A DNA stretch of 64,000 nt from Calcarisporiella thermophila CBS 279.70 (lineage: Eukaryota > Fungi > Calcarisporiellomycota): assembly GCF_041956535.1 (NCBI RefSeq), contig NW_027192217.1:302196-366195 (forward strand), given 5' to 3'. Within the stretch, counting starts at the first letter, position 1. Each line of letters opens with the position of its first letter. The notes under the pieces were generated by a model that had not been told where the DNA came from, made no database searches, and was given only the letters and a program-made list of their open reading frames with translations. The translations under genes were made by a program, and so were the position numbers. Positions 26,159-39,272 of the stretch are shown one piece after another.

Positions 26159-27792
26159 TCACTCTTTCTTTAAGCGTTTTTTGCGCTTATTTCTGTCTCC
26201 TACCACCTTGTCCATATTTTCCCACAGCTCTTCATCTTCCTCATCTCCACTGGGTTCATTCTTGTCTTGGGTTTCTTCTACAGTTAGATTAGCTCGTTAG
26301 TAAGGGAAAATATCAATGGTGCTTATTTAATGTGACAACTCACCTTCCATCTTGGCTAGCAAGCAAGTCATTCTCTGTTTTAAATATACCTTTCTCACGA
26401 GTCTGCGCATTCCTCCAAATTCGTGTACTCTCAAGAAGCGATCGTGTCCCACCGTTGCCACATAGCTCTTTGAGTTGTCCGAATTTGTAAAGGTGATAAC
26501 CTGTGAGGCAGCACCCGAGAAGCCTTTATACTGACCGGTTATTTTCAGGTCTTGTAGGGAAATAGAGTACACGTTCGTAGCAGTGTCAGAGCATACGAGC
26601 TCTCTAAAGACATTAGCGGGTATTAGCGGGATTTTGCAAATTACGGCAAACAATGGCTTACGAATAGTTCTTATTCACACCGAGTGAAAGGAATGGGTGC
26701 TCGCCAATCTCCACGTTGAGAATTGGTCGCCGTGCCACCTGAATATCATACACTCGAATCTAATGAAGAGATGTCAGATTCAGTTTGGCATATCATATTA
26801 TACGTAGCAGTTTGAACGAATGCTCACCTGGTGATATTGAGTCGCTATCGCGATTTTGTTTCCATCGCTTGAAACAAACTGCAAGTCGACAATCCAAACT
26901 GGCACCCTTAAATCCAAGAAGTCATTTTTTACGTTTTTCGCTTTCCATATTATGCCCTTCTCTTTTTCCTTCTTTCTCTCGTATTTCGCCTTTTCTTTTT
27001 TGTCATCTGCATTTTCTACGACTTTTCCTTCACATAACGCTCGTAGATCATACAAAGTGAGCTCATGTTCCTTTCCTCCGACAGCCATTAGGTGTGGGTG
27101 GGAGGGATGTATACGCATCTTGCATATATTCGAACCGAGATCAAAATAAGAAGGATTTGTATTTGAATCATGCGGGGTAATCGTGAGAGTGCCCATGTCG
27201 GTGCAGGTAATGGTTTCTCTAAAAGTATGTCATATGCTCAGTATTCTCGAGATTTTACAATGCATGCCATGAAATGGACTCTTACCTCTCATTCGCGTAT
27301 AACCCAACGAACTTTGCACCGTTTTTTGCAAAGACAGTCGACTCTCGTATTTCCCGCACAACCTTTCCATCTTGCAATGAAACAAACTGCACTAAACCAT
27401 TTCGTCTAGCTATCACCATCTATCCCAATATAATTGATTAAGGTTAAAATTACTCACAAGAAATTACTAAAACACAGTGACAATTACATGTTCTTCTGCT
27501 TTATATGTTACAAATTCCATACATTGAACCGTACTATCTTTGTCAATACTCCCCCAAGCACGCATAGATACTTTTGAATTTTGTGCTTCATTATCGGTTT
27601 TTGGATCCTCCTTATGCTCATCGTCCTGATGTTTCTGCTTTCTCTTTAAATCAAGCGGAGAGAAAGTTGTAATAAGAGGAACATTTATTTCTATAATAAT
27701 GTTACATGTTGTCAGCCCTATAGAGATAGTATGGAGCGAGAAATATAGCTACCTTTTATAAGCCCTGCCTCATCGCCAGTATAGAATTTCAT
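26159..27792 (-). CDS. NSA1: Ribosome biogenesis WD40 protein NSA1/WDR74, multi-exon
   Basis: MKFYTGDEAGLIK, AVGGKEHEL, IWKAKNVKNDFLDLRVPVW, VGHDRFLRVH, KVYLKQRMT, EELWENM. Confidence 0.9.
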
Positions 27793-28013
27793 GACTGGTA
27801 TATATGTTCTGGTCTAGTAGTTCGAAAATTGTTTACTCGAATAATTGTCAAGTCAAAATAGTCACACTTTCAACTCCGATGAAATAAGTGGGAATATTGT
27901 AATTTTAATGGACATGGAAATTAAAAAGAGAATAAAAATATCGGAAAATAGAAAAGATGTACATTAGATATAAAATAAGTCGTCTATAGTTTAAAAGTGT
28001 TATACTGAAAAAA

Positions 28014-29635
28014 TCAAGAAAAACTCTTCCAAACTTTATTTACTCGTCGTCTACAGTACGCTATCACAATCGCTGCCACCGAAACTGCAGTTCCCGCAAC
28101 TGCTACGAATCCGTATGGGCTTTTTTCTATAAAGTTCTCAACATTCATTCCGTACAGACCCGCCACTACACCAGAGGTGGCGACTCCAAGCGTTGCTACT
28201 GTCAACTGCAAATCGTATATCATGATAGCGTTTCGATTTGCGTCCAACATTATATTCACGACCTCTTCAGTCGACTGAATGTGGTGGTGAAGCCGTGCAG
28301 CCACATTGACAATTTCGTCTGTTTGTTTGAGGTATGATTCTAAGAGAAGCTCTATTTCTTCGTGCTGTTGTTCGGTGCGGGGTCTCCCTTCTTTCTTTTC
28401 CGTGAGGTACATTGCAGCTAAATCATCATCTATACGAAACGATTATTGCGTGAAGCAAAATATAGATTCATTTGATTTTATGAATGGAGTCGTACCTTGC
28501 TCTAAAACTTCCACAATCGCATTGCGTACACCCAGCGCTTTTTGTTCGAAACGTGTTAATTTCTTTGAATATTGTAGAAGTGCTTTGAGACTTTCTTTAT
28601 CGATATTCTCCTCGAGTCGAGCAAGTAAATCGGTAATTAAATTTTCAAGGACATCGAGCTCCGAATGCAAACACGAGATGACACTAATAAATATCGCCTC
28701 CAGCGCTCTACCAGGTGGGTGAGTATTCATTCCAATTTAACTGGTAGATAAATCAGTCTCTACCTGAACTCAAATGGTAATCCTCCAGTGCTCTTCCCCC
28801 GTAAACTTAGTTTCTCTTGCAGATCATATATAAATAGGCTCTGGTTATAGCTGTCAGTGGAGCCAAACGAGTCAAACAAGAGAACAGTATCAGCTTTAAT
28901 GAGCGCGCGAATGTGTGTAAGGTTAACAAGGATTGCTTCTTTGCGTACTAAAATTGCAGGCATTTGATTAATAAAATGCGAATCGATCTAATAAAATGAT
29001 AAACTACAAGTTAGTTCAAATGGAGGTGAAGCTCCAAAATATAAATAATACTTTGCGCAAATCTCGGGGCTGTCGAGAATAATAATAGTAAAAAATATCG
29101 AGTTATTGCTTGCATCCGTTAAGTAGAATATGGGAATATCAAGTAGGCCCTACTCACCTGTAGTCCATGCTTGGCACAGAGATCTGTCTTCAAGAATTCT
29201 CCAGCTGTCACTTTCACATTTCCTTGATGGTCAAATTCTGTACCTATAATACAGTAAACATAACAAACATTAAATATCAATGTATCAAAGTTTCCAGAAT
29301 AGTGCTTATGGATCATGGTATTAATCTCAATTGACGTTCTTGAGCTTACATTTCAATTTTAATTCGTTTTTCTGTGATTTCAAATGTGGAGCTATTCTTC
29401 CCAAATCCGCTGACATTCCACGATGACTGCCCACCTCCCATCCACTGCTTAACATTAACCATGACGGGCCAGACGTTGTGGAACTTCCCGGCAGGTTATA
29501 TTTGGAGGGGCCGGATAGAATGTTGCTCTGTAAGAATTGCCGCGGTGTATGAAGTGAGCGCTGGAGCAGATTCTGAGGGTAGAAGAAGTTAACATGCAAA
29601 GGAGTGCGCGTCCTTATAGTGCGAAACGGAAGCAT
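28014..29635 (-). CDS. MRS2: Mitochondrial Mg2+ transporter MRS2/LPE10 (CorA family), multi-exon
   Basis: Presequence-like N-terminus; CTEFD, HGLQPRDLRKID, LPFEFRALE, IELLLESY, LDANRN and the GMN signature (LYGMN); start codon inferred. Confidence 0.9.
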
Positions 29636-29894
29636 TGATGAGCAAATTTTTGGTTGACAAGACTGGGTACTATTAATTTTTATTCGGCGGGTTATATTGT
29701 TGTACATATGGCAGTCACACAGCTTTACATCATGTCTCTAAGGTATGTACTTGAGAATCTCTTTGCTATTAATAAAATACTGCTCATGAACATAAGGATG
29801 TACAGTAAAATCCTGCGAATTCATGTAAAATAAATAAATAAGAACCGATATATTACATGATATTGTTCCAAAAAAAAAATAGTTCAATCTTTCT

Positions 29895-31454
29895 CTAGTT
29901 TGCTTTGATATCTTTTTTTTTCTTGATGGTAAGGCAATTGATATCGAAATACGTGCACAGCTCGTCAATCACTGATAGCGAGAAATGGGTGTAAATAGCT
30001 AGCGAGAAAGCAAGACATGCATAGATATAATAGGCCTCTAACTTCCCGGTAAACAAAGGTTTGCTGTATTTGTGTTCAACGTTATTAGTTGATAAATCGG
30101 AGTAATGATAATGCGAATTATACTTACATATTGAATAATGACTGCATATTCGCATTAATTGACCCAATTGCAAACGGAATCAAATTTCTTTTATAGAAGG
30201 GGAAAGGTGCTTTTGTAACGTGTGCCAAAATCATACCGCCAACCATGTAGCCAAACGTTAGCCCAAAAAAGAGCGTGAAAGATACAAAATGCTCTATTAA
30301 GATCTCGGGGGAAGCACGAACCCATGCGAGCACGATGCCGACAAGCAGGAGGTAAGGCACAAGGTTGAGGAAAGGGGCAATCAGGGGTTTGTTGACTTTC
30401 TTACGTGCTTTGATGACATTAATTGCGCTATATATGAAAGGAGTGGTAAATGAGACGAAGTTCATATTTAAACAGGATTCTGACATACGCTGTAATTGTG
30501 TTGAAGGTGAGTCCTAACGCGCCAAAATACATAAATAGTATGTTATAGGGTGTGTTAGGCAGCCAGGGGAGTGTAGAGGCAGAGAGGCCAAGACCGTCTC
30601 TCAATCCAGTATCCCACCACAGAGGACCCTTTAATCCGGAGAGGAAATGAATAGAAATTAGAATAATGACACCCTCAACAGGGCCACTAAATGCACTGAG
30701 GTAGAGTGTGCCTGTATAATATTCTTCCCAAGTTGACAAGTAAAAGTTACAGGCGCCTAATTATGTAAAGCAGCTTGTTAGACGCTCACAATTCCAGGAT
30801 ATTCACTCAAAAATTGGGTACTCACTCAGCAGAACACTGTTCAGTGCCCACCAGGTTCCCTGCAGGTTCAGTGAGGAAATTACCAGCAAGCCCCCGAGCT
30901 TTTATAAAGTAGAGCTAAATTTAACTACATATTTATAATGTAAATATTTTAACACTTACTGTCGTGTTTAAAGCATCACATCCGTGATCAAATAGCTCTC
31001 CCAATGGCCCAGATGTACCTGTTCTCCTAGCTTGCTTACCATCTATAGCATCAAATGATTGGTATACAAAGAGTCCAATAGCAAACCTAAGCAATCACTT
31101 ATTTAGTTAATCCAAGAGACAGTTTATCTATGGAAACTTCTTACGTATAATAAGCCCAATTGGGACAAGGTGTATTATAATCAGGAGACAAGTATATCAA
31201 AGTAAGAACATTGGCAACTACAGCAAGAAGTCCTAGAAGCGTTATCAAATTCGGCCTGTTTCAGGCAATAGTTAGTATTGAGTGAACATCAAGTATGCTT
31301 GCAGAGTGCATATTTACGCAACGCTAGTTGGGAAGAGCTTCACCAGATTGATCCAGTATGGTCCCAATACGTATTTCGAAAGCAGTGAGTGGTCTACTCC
31401 AGAGTATCGATAAAGACGCAAATTATCGCGGTATTCGGGTTTGATATAGGTCAT
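29895..31454 (-). CDS. Choline/ethanolamine phosphotransferase (CPT1/EPT1 family), multi-exon
   Basis: [27 protein letters not shown]-alcohol motif [43 protein letters not shown]. Confidence 0.95.
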
Positions 31455-31896
31455 CTTAAACTAAGAAGAAGTGTGCTGAAAAAGCTCACATGCGCACATA
31501 AGGAAAATAGAGTTTTGAAAAATATTTGTATGGAGACACGCTTTTAAAAGAATACTGGAGAAGAAAATTGTGACTGCACAAATCCACCGTCACAGCATGT
31601 AAACAATCATGTGGTAGTCATATGTGGGCTCTCCAAAAGTTTATACATACTCATTTCGCCAATAGCTATTAAATTTTGCTCTCTAACTGCCCCAACACGA
31701 AGATTATTCCTACCACAACCCTAAGCATAGATATGCGCATATGAAAAATTTTAAAGATTTTTTTATCGAAATTGAAATCAGCTGGATATTAAAATCAAAC
31801 CTAGTAACCTAACCTAATTCTGACGTCTAAAATAATCGAAATGATACACTTTTCGTTGCCCCAAATATTTCCATACGATAGAAAGGTCCTCGCGTA

Positions 31897-32662
31897 ATGG
31901 CCACCTACGCACCTCCACGGCATCTTCAGCGCGGTCAGATCGAGGAAGAAGATGCTGCGATCCTTAAGCTTGGAATTGGTCAGGATTCTTCAAAAGATAT
32001 AACAAGATTTTACATCTCATTTATATTGATGAATTAAATCTGTTGATTCTATTTTTTTCGATGGATCAGAATACGAAGGCGTTCATTGTCTTGCTAACTC
32101 AGAAGTAAAAATCCTGCTTGAACAGCAGATTAATAACGAACCCAATAAGCCGCTGACAAAGTGATTTTAGATATAAGTTTCGTTTATATTTTTTGACTTA
32201 ATTGTGCTTCTCGTTTATAGTGTGTATCAAAAGACACTTCAGCATGTTAAGGAATTCAGTCGCTTTCATACACATGACACCCATAGAGAGATCCGAAAGT
32301 AATTTTTTTTTACCGTATTTTGCTATGTGGAAGAGACTATATAATTTGATAATATACCAGTTTACTCGACATGGGCGACCTACCGGAGCAACAGCGCGAT
32401 GGAGATCCTGAGCATTACATGCATACTAAACTGAGGCTAGAACCGTTTGAAAAGGCTCAACTCATCAATTTATGTTGTGAGGACTCTGAAGAAGCGAAAT
32501 CCCTGATACCAAGGTATATAACGTGAAATTAATCGAACCTTGTGTATACTTCTAATATGTTCGAAAAACTACTCTAGCTTGAACCGACCAGAAGTTGATG
32601 ATGATGAACTACAGAAAATTCTCAATGATCTGCTCAATATTAAGAAATTTCAAACTATCTAA
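31897..32662 (+). CDS. RPB4: RNA polymerase II subunit RPB4, 5 exons
   Basis: EEEDAAILKLG, CLANSEVKILLE, KTLQHVKEFSRF, FEKAQLINLCCEDSEEAKSLIPSL. Confidence 0.92.
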
Positions 32663-32931
32663 AGTGGTCTGTATGGCTAGTATGCTTTTCTTTGTTTTGT
32701 CGTTTGTTTGTGATTATCCAAAGGTGACTATCACTCAAGACATTTTTGTTTACCTTGTAAAATACTTTTGATTCTGCGAATCCCGATCATCTTCCTCCTT
32801 TCCTATATTCTGGGCAATACTTTTTTTTTGCTTGACGTGTTAATTATATTAATGCAAATCAAAATAGATACGAGTCACTCAAGTGAAAAGTTGATGTCAA
32901 ATACGCTTATTAAGATTAAAGATTGTGATTC

Positions 32932-34809
32932 TTACCCTTTATGTATTCGCACATCTTTTTGCTCTCTAATCCAACATTCTAAAGTTAATAGCAAATTTCC
33001 CAAGCTTTTACCACCTTGACCCATCTGCCTTTCCCAAACAAGTTTCTCAAGATCATGCACCAAATCTTGGATTTCCCTTTCTAGCGGTAGTGACCCATCT
33101 TCTCGTACCAATCGAGGATTCAACATTCTATCAAAAAATCGTGACCATAGGTCCACACGCCAATAGCGCTTCAACGGCTCTGCTGGCTTATATTTTATGT
33201 TTCCCTTAGTATTTTTCACTTTTGCCCCTTTGAATGGAGAATCAACATTTCGAGAGCTATGCTGAGGGATGCGCGTCAACTTGAGAAAGCGACCAAAGAG
33301 CAAACAGTGCGCTATTCCTGCAATCCCAAAATAATCAATCTCGAAACTCCATGGCCTATTTTCCCGCGCTTCAGGTATTATCCAACTATTCCCATGGCCT
33401 TGTGCTTGATTGCGGGTTCGCTCTGGCGATTGAACGAAGAGTGTATTTGGTGGGAATCGCGTCATGTCTACACCATGTCCAAAATCAATAAGCGTAACCC
33501 CAACATTTTCCCAGGTATTACTCGCTGCATTCCTCTTCTCGGGATCAAATAATAGATTCCCTTGCTGCTTGATCTCTTGGAGGCCACGCAGTTGTAGTAG
33601 TATATTATCCATTTTCAAGTCGCCATGCAAAATACCTGCCTTATGCACTTCATTCATAGCCCTCAAAACTCTGGATACCAAGAATGCGGCTACCCCTTCG
33701 TCAACCGTTGTTCCTTTTGTTAAGCACGCATTAATTGCTGCGAGAAGTGTATATGCTTTTTCGGGGCTAGACCCATCATGCTCAATAAGGAGATACCCCT
33801 CGTCAGAGTAAAGATGGAGAGCTCGAGTTTCGAGGAGGAAGCGACGGGCGATAGTGGGTGGTATTCGTGCATGTAAGGATCGTAGAATGTAAAATTCCCA
33901 AGTAAGTGAGCGCAAAGGTGATTCTACTTTAAGAGCGAACCAAGCACTAGATTCGCGTTTCATTAGAGCTGCCACCTCAGCTTTTTCATCCTTATGTATC
34001 ACGTTTGCAGAGGCTGGAGCGACCGATCTTAAGGTGGCGAGGTAAACTCTTGCGTATCCCCCCTCTCCTAATTTTTGATGAACACAGAAGACATCCTTAT
34101 CTTCTGTTTGGCCACAGCATTCAAATGCAATTGTGCATGAATGCGTCGGTACATTTTCCTTTGTCTTTGATTTTCCAATCCCATGCATAATTCTTAACGT
34201 CTTCTCGATTCTAAGTGCAGCATTTTTAACGGTGGGTCGATGATCATGGAATCCTTGGTAAGTACGAAGAGGGGGGTCGAGGGTGGTAAGTATCGCGGAT
34301 CGGATATGAGGATCAAAAGGATCGCGTACTTTGGATGGGGCCGGAGTTTTTATATTGGAAATGGATGTGATTCGCGATGCAGATAGCACGGGACGTGGAG
34401 TAGATATTGACGTGGAATTAACTTCAGCTCTATGTAGACTCGAGTTATATGCATGCGTAACAGAGCGCTGAGACTGGGGAGTTGCCAAAACTCTTGAACC
34501 CAACCCTATGGCGCTTAACCTTCCAGTATGAATTGTTTGCCAAATATTACTCTCCTGTCCACCTTCTCTTGAAGTAATTACTGACGGAGTAGGCTCAGGA
34601 CGCACTTGCTGGAGACGCGGAGTTCGCCCTGTCACTGGCTGTGGAATTTTAATCTCTCGGAAGGGTGCACGGGAATATCGTGCTCTTATTTCCTCAAACG
34701 AAAACTCGCCAGTGTCAGTGTAATAACGCGCTAAGTCAGTAACCAAGCGTTCAAGTCGGGGTTGGGGATCCGCGATCCAAACAAGGGTATGCTCTCGTGG
34801 ATGTGACAT
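32932..34809 (-). CDS. BUB1: Bub1-family checkpoint kinase (GLEBS + kinase, no TPR domain), intronless
   Basis: GLEBS-like GEFSFEEIRAR; kinase motifs LGEGGYARVY, ALKVE, HGDLKMDN, LIDFGHGVDM, WSFEIDYFGIAGIAHCLLFG, LKRYW. Confidence 0.88.
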   Translation of the reverse strand: MSHPREHTLVWIADPQPRLERLVTDLARYYTDTGEFSFEEIRARYSRAPFREIKIPQPVTGRTPRLQQVRPEPTPSVITSREGGQESNIWQTIHTGRLSAIGLGSRVLATPQSQRSVTHAYNSSLHRAEVNSTSISTPRPVLSASRITSISNIKTPAPSKVRDPFDPHIRSAILTTLDPPLRTYQGFHDHRPTVKNAALRIEKTLRIMHGIGKSKTKENVPTHSCTIAFECCGQTEDKDVFCVHQKLGEGGYARVYLATLRSVAPASANVIHKDEKAEVAALMKRESSAWFALKVESPLRSLTWEFYILRSLHARIPPTIARRFLLETRALHLYSDEGYLLIEHDGSSPEKAYTLLAAINACLTKGTTVDEGVAAFLVSRVLRAMNEVHKAGILHGDLKMDNILLQLRGLQEIKQQGNLLFDPEKRNAASNTWENVGVTLIDFGHGVDMTRFPPNTLFVQSPERTRNQAQGHGNSWIIPEARENRPWSFEIDYFGIAGIAHCLLFGRFLKLTRIPQHSSRNVDSPFKGAKVKNTKGNIKYKPAEPLKRYWRVDLWSRFFDRMLNPRLVREDGSLPLEREIQDLVHDLEKLVWERQMGQGGKSLGNLLLTLECWIREQKDVRIHKG

Positions 34810-35200
34810 TCACGTAATTTTTTATCCTTGAACTTCACAAGAACTCATGGAGAAATACTCATTAAAATTACTGTTCGTATATATGCTAATTATACCGGAG
34901 AAATGGCAAAATGGAGTAGAAAAACACCAAATATTAACAAATTACCAGCTTTAGTGTACCTGTGAAGCGAGAAAAGGGTAGAATGTAGACTATATGCGGG
35001 ATAGTCAAATCGAACTGATGTACTTCAGCAATTCCTGTAATATCTATTCCCAAAATTTCGAAAATACAAAGTAGAATACTTTAGTTAAATTATAGTTAGT
35101 TAAAATGTGGATCCTGTGACTCGTTTTTTTGGTGGTGGCACGACCAGTAGCTGGAGTAGACGCTCGCGTTTAACACCTCAATCGATTTTCTTCATTCAAT

Positions 35201-38200
35201 ATGGCCGACTCTTCGATACTGAGCAAGCAGATCGTTCGCGGCCTCAACGATAAATTATATGAAAAAAGGAAAATCGCTGCACTAGAGGTCGAAAAGTAAG
35301 ATATTAATTTTCTTGAAGGGGCAAAATTCAAAGAAAGAAAATCCAAATTAACATTTCTTAGACTCATTCGTGAAAACATTAAGACTCCGGACCGAGTGCG
35401 TCAAATCCTGAATACACTGGTGCAAGATTTTGCATATTCTATTCACCCTAATGCACGAAATGGTGGATTGATAGCCTTAGCCGCTGCAAGCATCGCACTT
35501 GGAAATGTAGGGTTGGTTTTTATTTCAATGGTTCTTTTTTCTTAAACTTTTTGAATTAGCAGGAGCTTGCCGGGTATCTGGACGATATCATTCCACCAGT
35601 ACTTGCGTGTTTTACTGACCAAGACACACGAGTGAGATATTATGCATGTGAAAGTATGTATAATATAGCAAAAGTAGCAAGAGGAGAGGTACTGCGATAC
35701 TTTAACGAAATATTTGATGCTCTGAGCAAGGTAAATGCTAGATTTCTCTTTGGTTTGAAACTCTCTTGTAATTGATCATAATTATAAATAGCTGGCCGCA
35801 GATTCTGAACTCTCTGTTAAGAATGGAGCGGAACTTGTAGATCGCCTTATCAAGGATATAGTTTCAGAGCAAGCAACAACTTACATCTCCTATGTTACTC
35901 CTTTGGGTGAACACATTACTGACCATGAATCTACTGGAGAGGAACAAGAACCCGATGAAGCGGACCCTAATCTGCCTGATGACCTTCCAGCTTCACTTCC
36001 TCGTAACACTGCATTCCAACTTCCGAAATTCATCCCACTACTCGCCGAACGTATCTACTCACTCAACCCATTTACCCGCTCATTCCTTGTCTCATGGATA
36101 ACTGTGCTTGACTCTATCCCTGACCTGGAGCTTGTATCATTTCTCCCCGAATTTCTGGACGGGTTATTGAAATTTTTAAGTGATCCCAATCCAGATATAC
36201 GATTGGCTACTTCAGCAGTGCTGGCTGATTTTTTGAGAGAAATAAGAGAGGCTGCAGAACTCACACAGCGTCAAGCAAGAATGGACCAAGAAAAAGAGCT
36301 AAGGGAACGAGAACCAGGTCAGGACGAAACCACATTATCAGAGACTGCCAGCGTCAATTCAGCGTCCGCACGGGAGAGTGGAGATATTAGTGGAGAAAAG
36401 AGTGAGTTGGGAGAGGATGGAGAAGGATCAGAGATTAAACATCTGGGCGAAGAAAATGATCCTTGGGATGCGATAGGATTACCGAGCGAAAGCGAGGGAA
36501 AAGGAAAAGGGATTTGGGTACCAGGACAAGGCGTTGTCGTAGACTATGTAAGAATAACACAAATATTTCTGCCTCATTTATCATCATCAGGTTCGCATTA
36601 TTGGGCTGCACTGGGAAACCAGACAATTTTCTGATTCTATTTATTTTATTGCTACATTTAGATGAGGAAATACAACAAACTGCCCTCCGATGGATCAATG
36701 AATTCATCATACTTGCCAAGGATGTGATGGTTGTCTTCACACCCCAGCTCATTAGCGCGGTATTGCCATGTCTTGCACATCCGATACACTCTATACGTAC
36801 CATTGCTATAGAAACGAACAATAATCTTCACAAGCTCATCTTCGACGCCCCTACATCTTCCGCCACGCCTAGCTCACAATTACAGTCACAATCTCAAACG
36901 AGCGGAGGAAGCGAGCCTTCGACATCACCACCTTCACATACTTCCCCTGTTACCTCTCCTACACCAGCAGAGCAGGCAGTTTCAGCAACACGAGTTTCAG
37001 ATCCCCAACAACAGCAATACCATGACTCAAGTCAACCAAATGATCCGTTTGACTACCAAGCGACCGTAAATACGCTTACATTACAATTTTTGAATGAGCA
37101 CGAAGAGACTAGAGTAGCTGCACTTGAATGGCTACTAATGCTCCATAAAAAGCTGCCGAAAAAGGTTAATTCCACGTGCACATGTTAACCCACTTCCAAA
37201 GTTTTTCATCGTTTTCTTGCCTGATTTTGTAGATTCTAGTATCAGATGATGGAACCTTCCCGGCCTTATTGAAAACACTCTCGGATCCTTCTGAGGAGGT
37301 AATATATTTTAAATTTATCCCTGTAGTGTTAACCTCCGCTTAACCACCTCTTTTTTCCTAAAGGTTGTTAAACGTGATCTCCAACTGCTGGCCCAGATAT
37401 CCTCTTATTCTGATACCGAATATTTCACTCTATTCATGATGAATCTTCTCTCCCTCTTCAGCACAGATCGAAGATTACTTGAAACTCGCGGTAGTCTGAT
37501 CATACGACAACTTTGCTTGAGCTTGAATTCGGAGAGAATATACCGGACTTTCGCGGAGATATTGGAGAAAGACGAGGACCTGGAATTTGCTAGTATTATG
37601 GTGCAAAATCTAAACATCATCTTGATTACCTCACCAGAATTGGCAGATTTGCGAAAAAGACTAAAGAATTTGGAAACGAAGGTACCCCCATTTTATGATC
37701 GAGACTATGCTATATTATAACTAATTCCCCTTGCGCTGACAATGCTAGGATGGGCAGATGCTCTTTACGGCTCTTTATCGTTCTTGGTGCCATAATGCTG
37801 TAGCTACATTCTCGCTGTGTCTTCTGGCGCAAGCTTACGAGCATGCCGCAAGTCTGTTGCAAAACTTCGCAGAATTAGATATTACAGTCAACTTTCTAAT
37901 TCAGATCGACAAACTGGTGCAACTGCTAGAATCACCGGTGTTCACATGTGAGTTCCACTTACCGTTTTCTTTCTTAGGCATGCTGGTGATTTTGATTCAT
38001 GTCGTCTAGATTTACGTCTACAACTACTGGAACCTGAAAAATATCCACATTTATTCAAATGTTTGTACGGCTTGCTGATGTTACTTCCACAAAGCAGTGC
38101 GTTTGCAACTTTGCGAAGCCGATTGAATAGTGTCAGCTCACTGGGGTTTTTGCATCTTGTTCCACGCAGGTACGGATTGATAAGTACATAATTAAGTAGA

Positions 38201-38662
38201 CGGAAAGGTGAAACGAGTGCTGTATATTTATTTTTAGCGAAACGATGTCAAAACGTCCTATTAAACCCAAGGATGATGGCATCAAATTCCAGGAACTCCT
38301 GGCGCACTTTCGAGCTGTTCAGGCGAAGCACGAAAAATCGAGGCGCCAAGGTACAATCGCTTGGAAACTCAAACTTTTAGGCATTGTTTCGTTCACATTT
38401 CTCTTTGTATTCATATATGACAACAGTTCTACAAGCATTGGGGCCCGCTGCGACTTCTCCTCCTACTCGACCTGCCCGTCGCTCTATTCGTGAAAGATCG
38501 ATGCAAAATACTACGGCAAGTACTGCTCAGAAGCCGAGAGCTAACCTTCACACACCGACGCTGCCAAATGGAGCAGGTCTAGGAGGAATGAGATCAGCTA
38601 GTCCATCATCTTCAGGCATTCGAGTGCAGCAGAACAAGCGGAGTTTAGCGAGAAAAACATGA
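35201..38662 (+). CDS. VAC14: Vacuole morphology protein VAC14 (Fab1 complex scaffold), about 11 exons
   Basis: [90 protein letters not shown]. Confidence 0.97.
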
Positions 38663-38930
38663 AACATTCGTGATTTTATGCAATGACAATAGTAATATTT
38701 TGGTTGCTATTCTGTTTTTCCAATATAGAGATTGGTTATTGGATGATGTATTCCGACGAGATGGGATGAAATTCCTTTAAAGGAAGGGAAATGAACATGC
38801 ACACAATTGAAAGAGAATGAAAGATCGAAAGAAGGAACGAGTGTTCAGAAATAAACTATAATAAATGGGAAAGCATAGTGGAAGAGAAATAATAATATGT
38901 ACATTTTAACACATCCATTCGCACCCAAAC

Positions 38931-39272
38931 TTACAAGATGCTACAGCTTTCACCTGCCTCTCTCGTCACCTTTATTTGCTTTTTCCATAGCTCTGCGTAT
39001 TTCTCACACTTTTCCGCGTGTTTAAGAGCCTCGCCTTTATCATTGAACCAGGTTGAGCATCCATAGCAGGCATAGGCTCCAGACGGCGCCGGAGGTTGTT
39101 GACGCGATTGCTGAGGTGCACTTTGCTGGAAAGGATAATAATAAGGAGGATAGGTAGGATGATATTGAGGTAGCTGGTAAAGATATTGCGGCGGAATGGT
39201 GAAGGTGCAATAAGGACAAGGATAAAGGAAGGAAGAAGAATATGGTAAATACTGGTACGGAAAATAAGGCAT
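38931..39272 (-). CDS. Small Tyr/Pro/Gln-rich protein with a C-terminal C2HC zinc-finger-like motif
   Basis: 113-aa ATG ORF; YACYGCSTWFNDKGEALKHAEKC; TATA-like TATAAAAA about 50 bp upstream. Confidence 0.6.
   Translation of the reverse strand: MPYFPYQYLPYSSSFLYPCPYCTFTIPPQYLYQLPQYHPTYPPYYYPFQQSAPQQSRQQPPAPSGAYACYGCSTWFNDKGEALKHAEKCEKYAELWKKQIKVTREAGESCSIL

Noticed and set aside
35201-38662. Minor (U12) introns in VAC14
   Set aside because: None of the inferred donors matches RTATCCT; all look like U2-type GT-AG.
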